A program made the translations under genes and the position numbers. 64,000 nucleotides of DNA from an uncultured Gammaproteobacteria bacterium (GTDB taxonomy: Bacteria > Patescibacteriota > Microgenomatia > JAMCZE01). Below, piece after piece: positions 27,901 to 36,357 of this stretch (positions within the stretch are counted from its first letter, which is position 1; each line of letters starts with the position of its first letter). A model generated the notes under the pieces. That model saw nothing but the letters and a program-made list of their open reading frames with translations, was not told the DNA's origin and ran no database searches. The stretch spans positions 22,858 to 86,857 of the forward strand of contig CAZSSJ010000001.1 in the NCBI GenBank assembly GCA_964609775.1, written 5' to 3'.

Positions 27901-28067
27901 CGACAACCACATTGTATGTAGGCCAACTCAATGACGCTTCTAACCAGTTTACAGGCCAGGCAGATGATATAAAAATATGGGCATATTCTTTGACTGCTTA
28001 CCAGGTGCGGATGGAGTTTAACCAAAGCAGTGCTGTTAGGTTTGGGCCTAGTTCCGGGGCTCCCTGA
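21972..28067 (+). CDS. Large membrane-anchored DUF2341 / Gly-rich / multi-LamG (concanavalin-like) protein
   Basis: The ORF opens at 21951 (GTG), but the ATG at 21972 gives MKQIRR...LGIFLLSATIIVAGLLVFWV. DUF2341-like WGYRQIITL...DLRFTD...VWVTIP...IYMYYGN. Many LamG repeats ending ...DEVRIYNR.LS..EV. Confidence 0.85.
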   Translation: MKQIRRIRLIGLIRPIWAKKLGIFLLSATIIVAGLLVFWVNRNGGKVEAAWFDDSWGYRQIITLTNNGSTQTDYQVQVVVGTGDLIAAGKMQSDCNDLRFTDLSGKVLSYWTEYCRSGAGKNSSVWVTIPTLTTTPAPIYMYYGNPSAATASTFRSLPTGINLGDGADGAATVSGTVNFNSTTISGRTEADGVNPASTVLTALGSTTITATAAAGLSVGDEVLIINLQGTTSDYGNVGKYETARVTAINGAVLTLNHPLVNAYDGTTQKIMVQRVPNYSSVTVCTGSADPVAGCASAGTLNPASWSSGNGTGGVVMLRATGTVNVAASGSISGAGLGYAGGAGGPAGAKGGYGGDSYDGDNPRGGCADSSCTAGVGGGKSGSATGASPNSGGTRGGGGGGGSDGATNGTGGGAAGGGGGYGGGGGGGGANGDGYVALPSTANGGTGGSGGSTGTSAGGGGGGCRDNDGDNTAGANGGNAGSAGSNGSASCSGTAGTGGEVGSGATSGSGGGGAGGGLGSGGGGGGGGTYGTAALTTIFLGSGGGGGGGTTAGVDFAGAAGAAGGGIVYISAGTVTVAGAASANGADGTTPDAQTGSGGAGAGGSVFISGATVTLGSSLVSATGGAAGAADQAIAGSGGGGVGRIAVNYSTSTGSTNPSAGSTSTLPVAGSPSTEEKGNGPVAFWHLDDGQGTVAQDSTTNGNAGTLSGTTLPSWQTEDLCVSGKCLYFNGITSNVTAGTVNAVQTVSFWVRPASVSASLVQLASGVDVKAASGVVGTDGFTAPTIYVNGAKVTGSSATPFAASQWNFVTVTTGTGITANAITLGKMQTGVLNGFLDEVKLYHYARSAAQVKADYANSGINKGTGSVLGADPDQVNRTLSNGLVGYWKMDESGAGSCTGGANDSCDSSGNGNDGNWVNQAANTGGKFGNGVIFDGVNDTVDVAQSSSLNGVTDDITVSAWIKTTATGGGLTDNTFISKETAGCGSGYSDWFIHLLNGTVKFWTSGSECTAVASNATVNDGSWHLVTVTRKRSDGNHIIYIDGQYDTSKIGNTGSIGNAEDLYFGTINGTASDYTGSLDEVRIYNRVLSPAEVSILYQFAAGPVGYWKMEEGAGTTAADSSGNGYTTAAFTGNTAWTAGKFGKGLTFDGDGDYASITDASGVKIDLGATTDSYTVSGWAKTSTDGSGNATIVEKNDGSGAYPFSLYLNSSEHACFQISDGTNAPSACGSTALSDGAWHYLTGVRDVGADKVYIYVDGVQINSATDSTTATAANGDDTSIGNGGTSYTTNDFTGQIDEVRIYNYSRSPKQIIEDLNVGHPTGGSPIGTAHGYWKFDDGRGTTAYDSGASPNNGVLTSMNLVTSVGISGWNPNGKFNKALSFDGSNDNVDFGDLSYTEGASSLSWSFWVNPNSVAATKCLWCKYNNAATERSWAIESGTTNASAIRATLPTSTTEADGTTYGETPTGQLSVGVWTHVAVVYDGNASGNLNRLKIYINGVKQNLAFAGTIPATTQATTSTANAGESSDGARNFSGTLDEMKIYGGALTEAEVKLDYNRGSAISLGVLGTSTADGKTASSSAGSAYCLPGDTTTCNPPVAEWPYEEGQGTSVADTSGNNNTMTLSAASQWTHGVIGRGITFNGTSDTADYGDVNNKFDSVTKLTVTAWFKKPSVGGKVYIATKGSGANATRFELSALTDGLIYFVVRNGVLSTASTYSNDTNWHHVALVFDGTQTGNANRLKGFIDGTARALTFSNTVPSSTGNYGTAKLYSGYHEWFNLYSAGYVDQMRVFDYPLTAAQVANNYNRGLPASWWKFDECQGTVANDSIATISGTLNGGTPGDCNTASTAWANGKTGKFNYSLKFGTTPDLTTVTSTSTYPFSQVSSPPVSWGGWFYPTSSVNSQAFIDKKDQFRLYTDGSGNAICGVATAAGSYTDASSVTAPITLNTWNHVLCTYDGTTSLKTYVNGILKNTSTISVDMFLTTTTLYVGQLNDASNQFTGQADDIKIWAYSLTAYQVRMEFNQSSAVRFGPSSGAP

Positions 28068-28151
28068 CCATAGTGAAAGCGAGCTTTGGTTGCGGTCCTC
28101 GCACGCTCGACAGCTGAGGGTGAATGTTGTTTTCAGCTCGCGGCTGCGGGC

Positions 28152-28202
28152 CTAAACCAAGGAAGCGCAGTTAGATTTGGACCCAATACGGGGGCGCCTT
28201 AA
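28152..28202 (+). pseudogene. Orphan 3' remnant of a LamG-type gene (LNQGSAVRFGPNTGAP-stop)
   Basis: Translates to the same tail as the true C-terminus at 28020-28067 (FNQSSAVRFGPSSGAP), with mostly synonymous differences and a TAA stop. Confidence 0.6.
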
Positions 28203-29320
28203 GTTAGAAATTCAGAAAAGTTTTCTTTGGTGACCGGGGTCCAGGTGGAGTTAGGATAGGTTTGACGCCAGGTCACTGGAGGAGAGTTTCTGCTCTTTTG
28301 CCATTTGATTTCAAAGGCGTTAAGAGTTCCTTGGGATTCTTCAATATAGTCGATTTCTTGTTTAGACCAGGTTCTCCAGAAATAAGTGTTTGGGGTTAAA
28401 CCGAGATTGCCGTTTCTTTTGAATCTTTCGGTGATAAGGAAATTTTCCCAGAGGGCGCCAGTATCGGAGCGCAGTGCAAGAGGGTTAAAGTTGTTGATGA
28501 TTGCATTTCTGATGCCGGTGTCCCAGAAGTATATCTTCCGAGATTTGTTAATTTCTTTTCTTAGGTTCCTTGAGAGTGGAGGAAGACGGAATATCACAAA
28601 AGCCAACTCAAGAAGTCTCGTGTAGGAAGAGATAGTTTCCTTGTCTACCTCGAGAAGGTTGGCCAGCTCGGTGAAATGGACCTCGCTGCCAATTTGGAGA
28701 GCGAGGGCTTGCAGAAGCTTTTCTAAAAGCTCTGGTGCTTTTAGTTGACGGTATTCTAAGGAATCTTTATAAAGGTAGTTTTTGTAGATCGATTTGATGG
28801 TTTCCTCGGCGGACTGCCCTCCCAGGCTGACAATTTCCGGGTAGGAACCATAGATCATTCTTGTTTCTAGAAGTCTAGCTGTTTCGATTTGGTCAGGATA
28901 GATTTCGGCCAGTGAGAGCGGGCTGAGGATAAACTCATAAGTGCGGCCGGTTAAGGGCTCCTTAATTTTATTGGAAAGATCGAAAGAGCTGCTACCCGTG
29001 GCAATTACTTGCAGCTTGGGGGCGTTATCGACAAGGAGTTTGAGGGTTAGTCCGATGTTTAGCACTCTTTGGGCTTCGTCGATGATGACGAGTTTGTTTT
29101 TGCCGATTAAGCTTTTGAGTTCAGAGGAGGTTTTGTCCGTGAGAGCTCTTCTTACATCTGGTTCGTCACAGTTTAAATAAGAACTTTCTTCGGGGAATTT
29201 CTTCTTAATCTCTTGGACTAGAGTGGTTTTGCCCACCCGTCGCGGGCCGTAAATTATGATTACCTTTCCTCTAAAGAGGTGGTCTTCAATTCGTGGCTGG
29301 ATTGATCTCTTAAATAGCAT
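28199..29320 (-). CDS. AAA_14/DUF4143-family ATPase
   Basis: 373 aa. Walker A GPRRVGKTT, Walker B LVIIDEAQ, C-terminal DUF4143-like region. Confidence 0.75.
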   Translation of the reverse strand: MLFKRSIQPRIEDHLFRGKVIIIYGPRRVGKTTLVQEIKKKFPEESSYLNCDEPDVRRALTDKTSSELKSLIGKNKLVIIDEAQRVLNIGLTLKLLVDNAPKLQVIATGSSSFDLSNKIKEPLTGRTYEFILSPLSLAEIYPDQIETARLLETRMIYGSYPEIVSLGGQSAEETIKSIYKNYLYKDSLEYRQLKAPELLEKLLQALALQIGSEVHFTELANLLEVDKETISSYTRLLELAFVIFRLPPLSRNLRKEINKSRKIYFWDTGIRNAIINNFNPLALRSDTGALWENFLITERFKRNGNLGLTPNTYFWRTWSKQEIDYIEESQGTLNAFEIKWQKSRNSPPVTWRQTYPNSTWTPVTKENFSEFLT

Positions 29321-29343
29321 GATTTCGGTGGTTTTACTCTCCT

Positions 29344-29372
29344 AAATTACTATAATTTAGGCGGTTTGTCAA
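29344..29372 (-). promoter_or_regulatory. Candidate promoter of the ATPase gene
   Basis: Minus strand reads TTGACA-N17-TAATTT, followed by AGGAGAG and then the ATG at 29320. Confidence 0.4.
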
Positions 29373-29393
29373 GGACCAAGAAAGTCTCGCCTT

Positions 29394-29507
29394 GGTCCTG
29401 CTCCAGAGGTGAAGGTGTGGAACTATGCCTTGACCCCATATCAAGTGAGGACTGAATATAACCAATCGGGTGCAGTGAGATTTGGCCCAACAACTGGTGC
29501 TCCCTAG
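29394..29507 (+). pseudogene. Orphan 3' remnant of a LamG-type gene (GPAPEVKVWNYALTPYQVRTEYNQSGAVRFGPTTGAP-stop)
   Basis: Aligns with GQADDIKIWAYSLTAYQVRMEFNQSSAVRFGPSSGAP at the end of the 2,038-aa gene. TAG stop and no upstream gene body. Confidence 0.7.
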
Positions 29508-29521
29508 ATTGTTGGGATGCC

Positions 29522-29555
29522 TTTCCTGAGGGGTGGTCTCGGGAAGAAATTTTTC
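29522..29555 (+). terminator. Hairpin plus T-run downstream of the LamG remnant
   Basis: TTCCTGAG-gggtggt-CTCGGGAA stem-loop followed by gaaattttt. A homologous hairpin is at 49114-49140. Confidence 0.5.
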
Positions 29556-29618
29556 TCTCTTGACAGGGCTAGTTGGGCCTGTCATTCTTAATTAAATAAG
29601 CAGCCTGGAGTTGTTCTC

Positions 29619-32600
29619 TTGAAAAAACATCTAAGCTTAATCATCTTCTTTGTCTTCATCTTTTCAGGCTTTTTCGTGTTTGCGCCGGCGCCGCTTTGGG
29701 CTTCCGGGGCGACCTATTATGTGGCGACTTCCGGCAGTGACACTAATTCCGGCACGCAAAGTGCGCCCTGGGCCACGCTCCAAAAAGCCCTCGGGAGCAT
29801 TTCCTCCGGCGACATGGTCATCATCCGCGGAGGCATCTATCGTCAGCCCGGCAGCATGATTGGCTACCCCTACAAATCCTTCGGCCCAGCCGGAACGGCG
29901 GGCAATTTGACCACCTTCAAATCTTATCCCGGAGAACGAGTTATCATCACCGGTCCAAACAACGACCTTATCCAAATTGCCGTTGCCGACTATGTTCGGA
30001 TTGACAGCCTCTGGTTTGGCGGGGATTATGTCACCGGTATCAAAGGTCCGGTGTTTCAAATTTCCGGCGTCGGCAAAGAAATTGTCAACAACACCTTTTT
30101 CAATTGGCCCTCGGGCCCGCTGATGGGTTGGGGAGAAAACGTCCTTTTTCAAGGAAATCGGCTCGTCAACACCGGCCGGGATGTGCACACCGCGGGAACC
30201 TATTTCTCTTCGGGATATGCGACTGACGGAAAGTTGTCTAATCACATCATTGCTGACCACAACATCTACATTGGCAACAACATTTCCGCCGGTTATGGCT
30301 TCCAGTTTTGGCATGGCGGCAAGTCCATGATCGCGACCCGAAACTTTGTGGCCGGTCATTCCTGGGGGAGCGCCATAGACGGAGACAGCCAGCTGTGGGC
30401 TAATAATTTTTATTGGAAGCAAACCGGAAAAGATTCAGACATTGACACCGTCATTAATCCCTATGGTCCTCTGTCCGGTGGTTCTAATCAAAAGTATATC
30501 AATAATATCTTTGGGCCCTCCGCCTGGTTTTATTATGCTAACGCCTGGAAAGCCACTCAGGCAGAAATCGATACCAAACTATCTAATAATGCTTTCACTG
30601 ACGATCCCTCCTATCTGCCGGGATCCGGTGGTCCCACCTGTAAAAAGCCCTGCGGAGTAAGTCCATACGTCTTTCATCAAGGGCAAGAAAGTGCGGAAAT
30701 TGGTATCAGTGCGGCAGCTCTGGATAAGGCAGTTGGGACAATCAGTCAGGCTTTTCTAAACCCGCTGGACACTATCTATAGCGACACCACGGTTGAATCA
30801 AGTTTTCAACAGATTCGCTCGGCGCAAGTTCCAACCACGAGCCCCCTATACCGTAAAGGACTGCCTTGGTTCGGACAAGCCATCGACATTGGCTGGAACG
30901 TTCCGGCGCCAGCCTCCGTTTGCGACTATTGGGCCGCTTTCACCAAGCTTGGTCTCAAGCACTATGATAAATACGGTAGTGTTCTTCCTGACTATTCCTG
31001 CACTAGTCCTACACCACCTCCGCCGCCACCGCCACCACCGCCGCCGTCGACAGTGACGGGCGACGTTAATGGTGACGGCAAGGTTGATTTTGCCGACCTC
31101 CAAGCCCTGCTCTTAAACATCCTGGGGACAGTCACGGCGCAACTTGATCTCATTGTCGATGGCAAAATTAATTCGTTGGACTTTGCCGTTTCCTCGGGAG
31201 AAATCATTAATGCTAATCCGCCGCCGCCCGGCGACACTCAAGCTCCAGTCACTGTCATCACCGCGCCAGCTGGTGGTCAAACGGTCAGTGGGACTTTTTC
31301 CGTCGTGGCGAGCGCGACGGATAACGTCGGGGTGACAAAAGTGGAGTTCTATATTGACGGGGCGATTAAAAACACTGACACGGGTGTTCCCTACGGATTT
31401 AATCTGGACACGACCCAACTGACTAATGCCGCGCACACGGTTTATTCCAAGGCCTATGACGCTGCCGGCAACGTAGGGAGCTCATCAAGCATCACTTTCA
31501 CGGTCAGCAACACCGCCCCGCCGCCCCAAACCATGACTTTGAATTTGTCCTCGTATTTTGGCGGCTCGGGTGAAGACAGTGCTCGCGACGTGGTCACCGA
31601 TTCCCAAGGCAATGCCTACGTGGTGGGCGGCCTGGGATCAGCAACGATCCAGACAACCCAAACTTTTAAAAAAACCGGTACCTGCGCTGTTTCCTGGACG
31701 GGTAACGGCGGCAAGGACATGGACGCCTATGTCATGAAAATCAGCCCGACTAACCAGCTTGTCTGGTCAACCAGGATCGGCGGGCCGTGCTATGACCGGT
31801 CGTATGGCGTGGAGCTCGATTCCTCGGGAAACATCTACTTGACCGGCCGGGCCGGGCCGAATTTCCCCACGACCAGCGGGACTTTCCAGCCGGGTTTCTA
31901 CGGCTTTAATTCCGGCAGCGCCTATGGTGAGCAGAACGCTTTTGTGGCCAAAGTTTCCCCAACGGGAGCTCTTGTTTGGGCGAGCTACGTCGGCTCGACA
32001 GACGGCAACCGGGACATCGCCGTTGACGGCAGTGGGGATGTCTATATTGGCACCGGCTTTAATTCGGCGACGCAAAAGCCACTAAGCGGGCTTGCCTGGT
32101 TTAGCTCGGCCATTAGCAAGGCTTTTCAAGTGGTGAACAATCGCGGTTTTGAGGGCTTGATTGTCAAAATTAAGTCTGACGGGTCGCAGGTGGTGTGGGC
32201 CAGTTTCTACGGCGGCACGGGTAATGAGGGAGCCACGCCGTCAATCAGAGTGGATAGGAACGGCTACGTTTATTACCTCACCAACACAACTTCGACTAAT
32301 CTGCCCGTAAAAAACGCTTTCAAATCGACTCTCGGGGGGACGATCGACATGGCCCTCGTTAAATTCCATTTTGACTCGGGGGTGGGGAAACTGGTCACCG
32401 ACTATTCGACCTATTTTGGCGGCAGTGATGTCGAGTTTACCGAAACCCACGGTCTGGCCGTGGACGTATCGGGAAACGCCTATATAGCCGCGACCACCAA
32501 ATCTACGAACCTGACGACGACCACGGGGGCTTACCAACGAACCTATGGCGGCTCAGGGGGAAGCGGAAACTATCCGGGGGACGGCTTTGTGGCGAAATTT

Positions 32601-32993
32601 TCCCCCACGGGGACACTTCTTTCGGCCACCTATCTGGGGGGGTCCTCAGGGGAGGGCCTGGAGGGCACGGCCCTTGATTCTTCGGGTAATGTCTTTGTCT
32701 CGGGGGCGACCTATTCAACAAACTTCCCGACGAGTTCCGGAGCCTTTCAAACAAGTAATAAGGGCAGAGCTGACGTTTTTGCGGCGAAACTTTCGCCGGA
32801 TCTCAAAAGTCTTCTTTTCAGCACCTACCTGGGCGGCACGGGCGATGACCTGGGTCGGTCAGCAACGGTCGATTCTGCGGGCAACTTCCTGGTGGTGGGA
32901 CTCGAATATTCTTCCAATTTGCCGACGAAAAGTGCTTTCCAGATAACCTATGGGGGAGCCGGGGATGAGTTAATTTCTAAATTTGGTCCTTAA
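29619..32993 (+). CDS. Secreted multidomain protein: right-handed beta-helix, poly-Pro linker, dockerin-like module, Ig-like domain, SBBP beta-propeller repeats
   Basis: TTG start after GGAG, then a signal peptide. YYVATSGSDTNSGTQSAPWATLQKA is a beta-helix N-cap. DVNGDGKVDFAD and DLIVDGKINSLD are dockerin-like. Repeats of the DSSGN.Y..G....NFPT..GAFQ type. Confidence 0.75.
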   Translation: MKKHLSLIIFFVFIFSGFFVFAPAPLWASGATYYVATSGSDTNSGTQSAPWATLQKALGSISSGDMVIIRGGIYRQPGSMIGYPYKSFGPAGTAGNLTTFKSYPGERVIITGPNNDLIQIAVADYVRIDSLWFGGDYVTGIKGPVFQISGVGKEIVNNTFFNWPSGPLMGWGENVLFQGNRLVNTGRDVHTAGTYFSSGYATDGKLSNHIIADHNIYIGNNISAGYGFQFWHGGKSMIATRNFVAGHSWGSAIDGDSQLWANNFYWKQTGKDSDIDTVINPYGPLSGGSNQKYINNIFGPSAWFYYANAWKATQAEIDTKLSNNAFTDDPSYLPGSGGPTCKKPCGVSPYVFHQGQESAEIGISAAALDKAVGTISQAFLNPLDTIYSDTTVESSFQQIRSAQVPTTSPLYRKGLPWFGQAIDIGWNVPAPASVCDYWAAFTKLGLKHYDKYGSVLPDYSCTSPTPPPPPPPPPPPSTVTGDVNGDGKVDFADLQALLLNILGTVTAQLDLIVDGKINSLDFAVSSGEIINANPPPPGDTQAPVTVITAPAGGQTVSGTFSVVASATDNVGVTKVEFYIDGAIKNTDTGVPYGFNLDTTQLTNAAHTVYSKAYDAAGNVGSSSSITFTVSNTAPPPQTMTLNLSSYFGGSGEDSARDVVTDSQGNAYVVGGLGSATIQTTQTFKKTGTCAVSWTGNGGKDMDAYVMKISPTNQLVWSTRIGGPCYDRSYGVELDSSGNIYLTGRAGPNFPTTSGTFQPGFYGFNSGSAYGEQNAFVAKVSPTGALVWASYVGSTDGNRDIAVDGSGDVYIGTGFNSATQKPLSGLAWFSSAISKAFQVVNNRGFEGLIVKIKSDGSQVVWASFYGGTGNEGATPSIRVDRNGYVYYLTNTTSTNLPVKNAFKSTLGGTIDMALVKFHFDSGVGKLVTDYSTYFGGSDVEFTETHGLAVDVSGNAYIAATTKSTNLTTTTGAYQRTYGGSGGSGNYPGDGFVAKFSPTGTLLSATYLGGSSGEGLEGTALDSSGNVFVSGATYSTNFPTSSGAFQTSNKGRADVFAAKLSPDLKSLLFSTYLGGTGDDLGRSATVDSAGNFLVVGLEYSSNLPTKSAFQITYGGAGDELISKFGP

Positions 32994-32997
32994 ATCT

Positions 32998-34257
32998 ATG
33001 ATAAATTTAACTATGCCACAAATGCCAGAGCGCTTTTCCAGGTCCGGAGTTATTCCGATTAAACTTGTTATTCTCCTTTTATTGCTGGCGCTGCCGCTGC
33101 TGCTTCTGGCGTTGAACTCGAAGACGAATCTTTTAGGCCTGGCTGGAGCTTCGGCCAACCTGGCAGTCTATCCGGCCACCCAAGCTAATGTGGTCGTCGG
33201 GGACCCCGTCTCTTTCACTGTTTCGCTGACGACCGGTGGGGCCAGCGTCCGGGGAGCGGACGTGATCATTAACTACGACAAGACAAAGTTGGCTCTGGTG
33301 GACATTACGCCCAATGACGCTTCCTTTAAAACCTTTGGCCCGCAAACCGCCGGGGGAGTCTTCGATGCTTCTCGGGTTATCAGTGTGGCCAGTCAAAGCG
33401 GCCGGATTGAGTTTAGCTCTTTGGCCTTTGATCCGTCGCAATCAGGTAACGGTCAGCAAGGCTTGACGGCGCTTTTTAACGGCACGACGACGCTAGTCAA
33501 TCTCAAGTTCCTGGCGCTCTCCGCCGGCAGCAATATTCCCCTGACTTTTGGCTACACCGCCAGCAGCACGACCGATTCGAATGTGGCTCTGGACGGCGGC
33601 CAGGACGTCTTGGGCTCGGTCACAAACGCCGCGATTACGATTGTCAATCCCACGGTCCAAGATAGCCAGGCTCCAACAACAGCGGTGACGACGCCAACGG
33701 CCGACCAAACAGTGGCCGGGACGGTGATCCTTGCCGCCACAGCCACAGACAACGTGGGGGTGACAAAAGTGGAGTTTGTCCTGGACGGAGCGGTCAGGGG
33801 TTCGGACACCACTTCTCCCTACACTCTTTCCTGGGACTCAAAGACGGTTTCGGACGGCAGCCACTCCGTCCTGACCAAAGCCTATGACGCGGCCGGCAAT
33901 GTGGGCACTTCGCCAGCTATTAGCTTTAAAGTGGTTAACACGGTTGTGAGCAAGACGATGAGAGTGAGCCAGATTGTTTATGAAGTCCGCGGCCAAAAGC
34001 TTGATGATGGGGTTCTGGTTGTCGATGCGGCCGGCAAGGGGCTGGGCGGAGCCCTGGTTTCCCGAACGGTGACTAACGAGGCCCAGACTCTGACCTATAA
34101 ACTCTCTTCCAAAACGGCGACTAACGGTTGGACCGGCTCAACCATCACCAAAAAAGCCGCCCCGGGGTGCTATTCGGAGAAAATCACCGCCGTCACTCTC
34201 TCCGGCTACACCTTTGATGGTGTTACTCCGCAAAACCAATATTGCACCAAGAGGTAG
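32998..34257 (+). CDS. Secreted cohesin-like plus Ig-like domain protein
   Basis: The ORF opens at 32983; ATGs occur at 32998 and 33013. TM/signal IKLVILLLLLALPLLLLAL. VVVGDPVSFTVSL..GASVRGADVIINYDKTKLALVDI resembles a cohesin. The Ig-like DNVGVTKVEFVLDG is shared with neighbouring genes. Confidence 0.6.
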   Translation: MINLTMPQMPERFSRSGVIPIKLVILLLLLALPLLLLALNSKTNLLGLAGASANLAVYPATQANVVVGDPVSFTVSLTTGGASVRGADVIINYDKTKLALVDITPNDASFKTFGPQTAGGVFDASRVISVASQSGRIEFSSLAFDPSQSGNGQQGLTALFNGTTTLVNLKFLALSAGSNIPLTFGYTASSTTDSNVALDGGQDVLGSVTNAAITIVNPTVQDSQAPTTAVTTPTADQTVAGTVILAATATDNVGVTKVEFVLDGAVRGSDTTSPYTLSWDSKTVSDGSHSVLTKAYDAAGNVGTSPAISFKVVNTVVSKTMRVSQIVYEVRGQKLDDGVLVVDAAGKGLGGALVSRTVTNEAQTLTYKLSSKTATNGWTGSTITKKAAPGCYSEKITAVTLSGYTFDGVTPQNQYCTKR

Positions 34258-34273
34258 AAAGTTAGCCTATGAT

Positions 34274-36073
34274 ATGAGGCAAGAGAGAGCCTTTAGAAAG
34301 AGATTGTTTTGGAGGCGGGGTTTGACTTCAGTTCTGGCGCCGGTGGCTCTTTTTTTGGTTTTGATTCTGGGAGTGGTGGCGATTAATTTCGGGCTGAATT
34401 CATCAACGAGTCCGGAGCCACGAGCCGACGGAGGGACAAATGTCGTTGTGACCGGAACAGTGCAGCGGTCGCCATGGCTGCGGCTGCGGAAACCGGACTA
34501 TCGGCTGGTCAAGACGGATAATGGCAAGGACTACTATTTGACCACGACCAGCACGGGAATTAATCTCCGGACCTATGAGGGGAAAAAAGTCGTTGTGACA
34601 GGGACGGAGACAACGACGGCTAAGTGGGGGCTGACGCTGTTTGTCAAGGACATTAAGGTGTTTGTGGCCCCGCCGCCACCATATCCGGCGCAGAAGAAGG
34701 TGGACACCTCAAAGACGGTGATGTATCAAGTGTGGTTGAATTATTACGCCCAGAATGTCTCCGAGGATCAGCCGTCGATGGTGGTGTTTGAGAATGCGGC
34801 CCGGAGGTTGCCGGACCTGGCGAAGATGGGCGTGACCACAATTCAGCTTTCGCCGGTGCACCCGTTTTTGTCAGGGACGACCATTGGGTCGCCATATGGT
34901 TCACGGGACTACTATGACGTCAATCCGGGTTATGCCGGGTTCACAAATCCACAAACCGATCCGGGAACGAAAAGTGAGCGGATCGCCGCCTTTAAAAAAT
35001 ATGTTGAGGCGGCCCACGGTCAGGGGATGAAGGTGATCATGGACTGTGTCTATCACAGCACCGATGCCCGCAATGTTCTGGTGGCGGCGTATCCGGAATA
35101 TTACAAACATAATGCCGACGGCCGTTTTGTCCAGAATCAATACGGGTTTTATGTTTTGGACTACGCTCAATCCGAGCTTGTCGACTATATGATTTCGATG
35201 GTGAAATACTGGAAACAGACGGTGGGAGTGGACGGGTGTCGGGCGGACGTGGCGACGATGGTGCCGCTTGCTTTCTGGGCAGCCTTAAATAACGAGATGA
35301 AAAAGATTGATCCCGGGTGGCTCATGATTGCGGAAACGACAGCAAATCTGGTTTCGTATAGCGGGCCGTACAGCGGTCCGGGATATAAGGGGGAAACGTA
35401 TGACAAGATCTATGGTTTTGACGGGATATATGGGGTGACTTATATGCTGGCTTCACGGGCGATTCTTAACGGAAGTCGCATGGCTGATGTCCTGGAGACG
35501 GCCTGGGAGTTTCCGCAAAACGGCACGGCAGCGGTTCCGGGAGGAATTTTTTACCGGTCGGTGGACAATCATGATCAGCGGCCAAGAGCAACGCTTCTGG
35601 CTGGAGGGAATGCCGGGATGGTGGCTTCGGTGGCGGTCAACTTGACGCTTGACGGGATTCCGTTTATTTTTAATGGCCAGGAGATCGGGGATGTGGCGCC
35701 GACGAGCATTGCGGTTCAAAGATTTATTTCCTGGAGTCATCCGCTTGCACCCCAGAATGGAGAGGCTTTTGAGAAACTGATTTCACTTCGACGAAATCGT
35801 CCGGCTTTAAACAGCGGGACGACAGTTTGGCTTGATAATTCAAATCCGGCAGGAGTTGTGTCGTATGTCAGGCAGAGCGGGAGTGACCGGGTGTTGGTGG
35901 TGGCGAATCTTTCGGGGACAGACTGGAGCGGAACGGTGAGCGGAACAACGGGAGCAAGCCTTAGTGGCCAGGGAAAAGATCTCATCTCCGGTCTGAGCGT
36001 GTCTTCGGCGGTTAACAACGTGATGACGCTTTCACTCCCGGCCTATTCTTATGTTGTTATCCAAATTCAGTAG
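34274..36073 (+). CDS. Alpha-amylase family (GH13) glycosidase with N-terminal TM anchor
   Basis: GVDGCRADVATMVP (region II), IAETT, DNHDQ. The ORF opens at 34214, but the ATG at 34274 precedes the TM helix. Confidence 0.8.
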   Translation: MRQERAFRKRLFWRRGLTSVLAPVALFLVLILGVVAINFGLNSSTSPEPRADGGTNVVVTGTVQRSPWLRLRKPDYRLVKTDNGKDYYLTTTSTGINLRTYEGKKVVVTGTETTTAKWGLTLFVKDIKVFVAPPPPYPAQKKVDTSKTVMYQVWLNYYAQNVSEDQPSMVVFENAARRLPDLAKMGVTTIQLSPVHPFLSGTTIGSPYGSRDYYDVNPGYAGFTNPQTDPGTKSERIAAFKKYVEAAHGQGMKVIMDCVYHSTDARNVLVAAYPEYYKHNADGRFVQNQYGFYVLDYAQSELVDYMISMVKYWKQTVGVDGCRADVATMVPLAFWAALNNEMKKIDPGWLMIAETTANLVSYSGPYSGPGYKGETYDKIYGFDGIYGVTYMLASRAILNGSRMADVLETAWEFPQNGTAAVPGGIFYRSVDNHDQRPRATLLAGGNAGMVASVAVNLTLDGIPFIFNGQEIGDVAPTSIAVQRFISWSHPLAPQNGEAFEKLISLRRNRPALNSGTTVWLDNSNPAGVVSYVRQSGSDRVLVVANLSGTDWSGTVSGTTGASLSGQGKDLISGLSVSSAVNNVMTLSLPAYSYVVIQIQ

Positions 36074-36306
36074 AATTTTTCGGGTTCAGACGGGATGGCA
36101 AAAGTTGAATTTGAGTTTAAACAATTAAATTTCCTTTATTCTTCTGCCTCTGCTCCTTTAAGATATGTTTGGTTTTTTGATTCCTCTGCTGACGCTGCTG
36201 TTTGTTTTGACCGCACGTTCTGGGCGAGACGGACAGATTGTGAAGACGGTGACGCCGGCGGTGGTGATGATTTTTCTTTTGGCTTCGGGAGGTGAGAGCG
36301 GGAAAC

Positions 36307-36335
36307 TTGACTCCATCCAAATTTTTTGCTAATAT
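36307..36335 (+). promoter_or_regulatory. Candidate promoter of the second ATPase gene
   Basis: TTGACT-N17-TAATAT, then a 22-nt leader containing TTGACtgtgGTCAA before the ATG at 36358. Confidence 0.45.
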
Positions 36336-36357
36336 TCCTTGACTGTGGTCAAAACAG

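Noticed and set aside
29551-29588. Ninth copy of the shared (GA)n promoter module upstream of 29619
   Set aside because: It shares only a short CT run, a TTGACA and GTTGGGCC. The orientation and order of parts differ from the module, and the -10 match (CATTCT) is weak.
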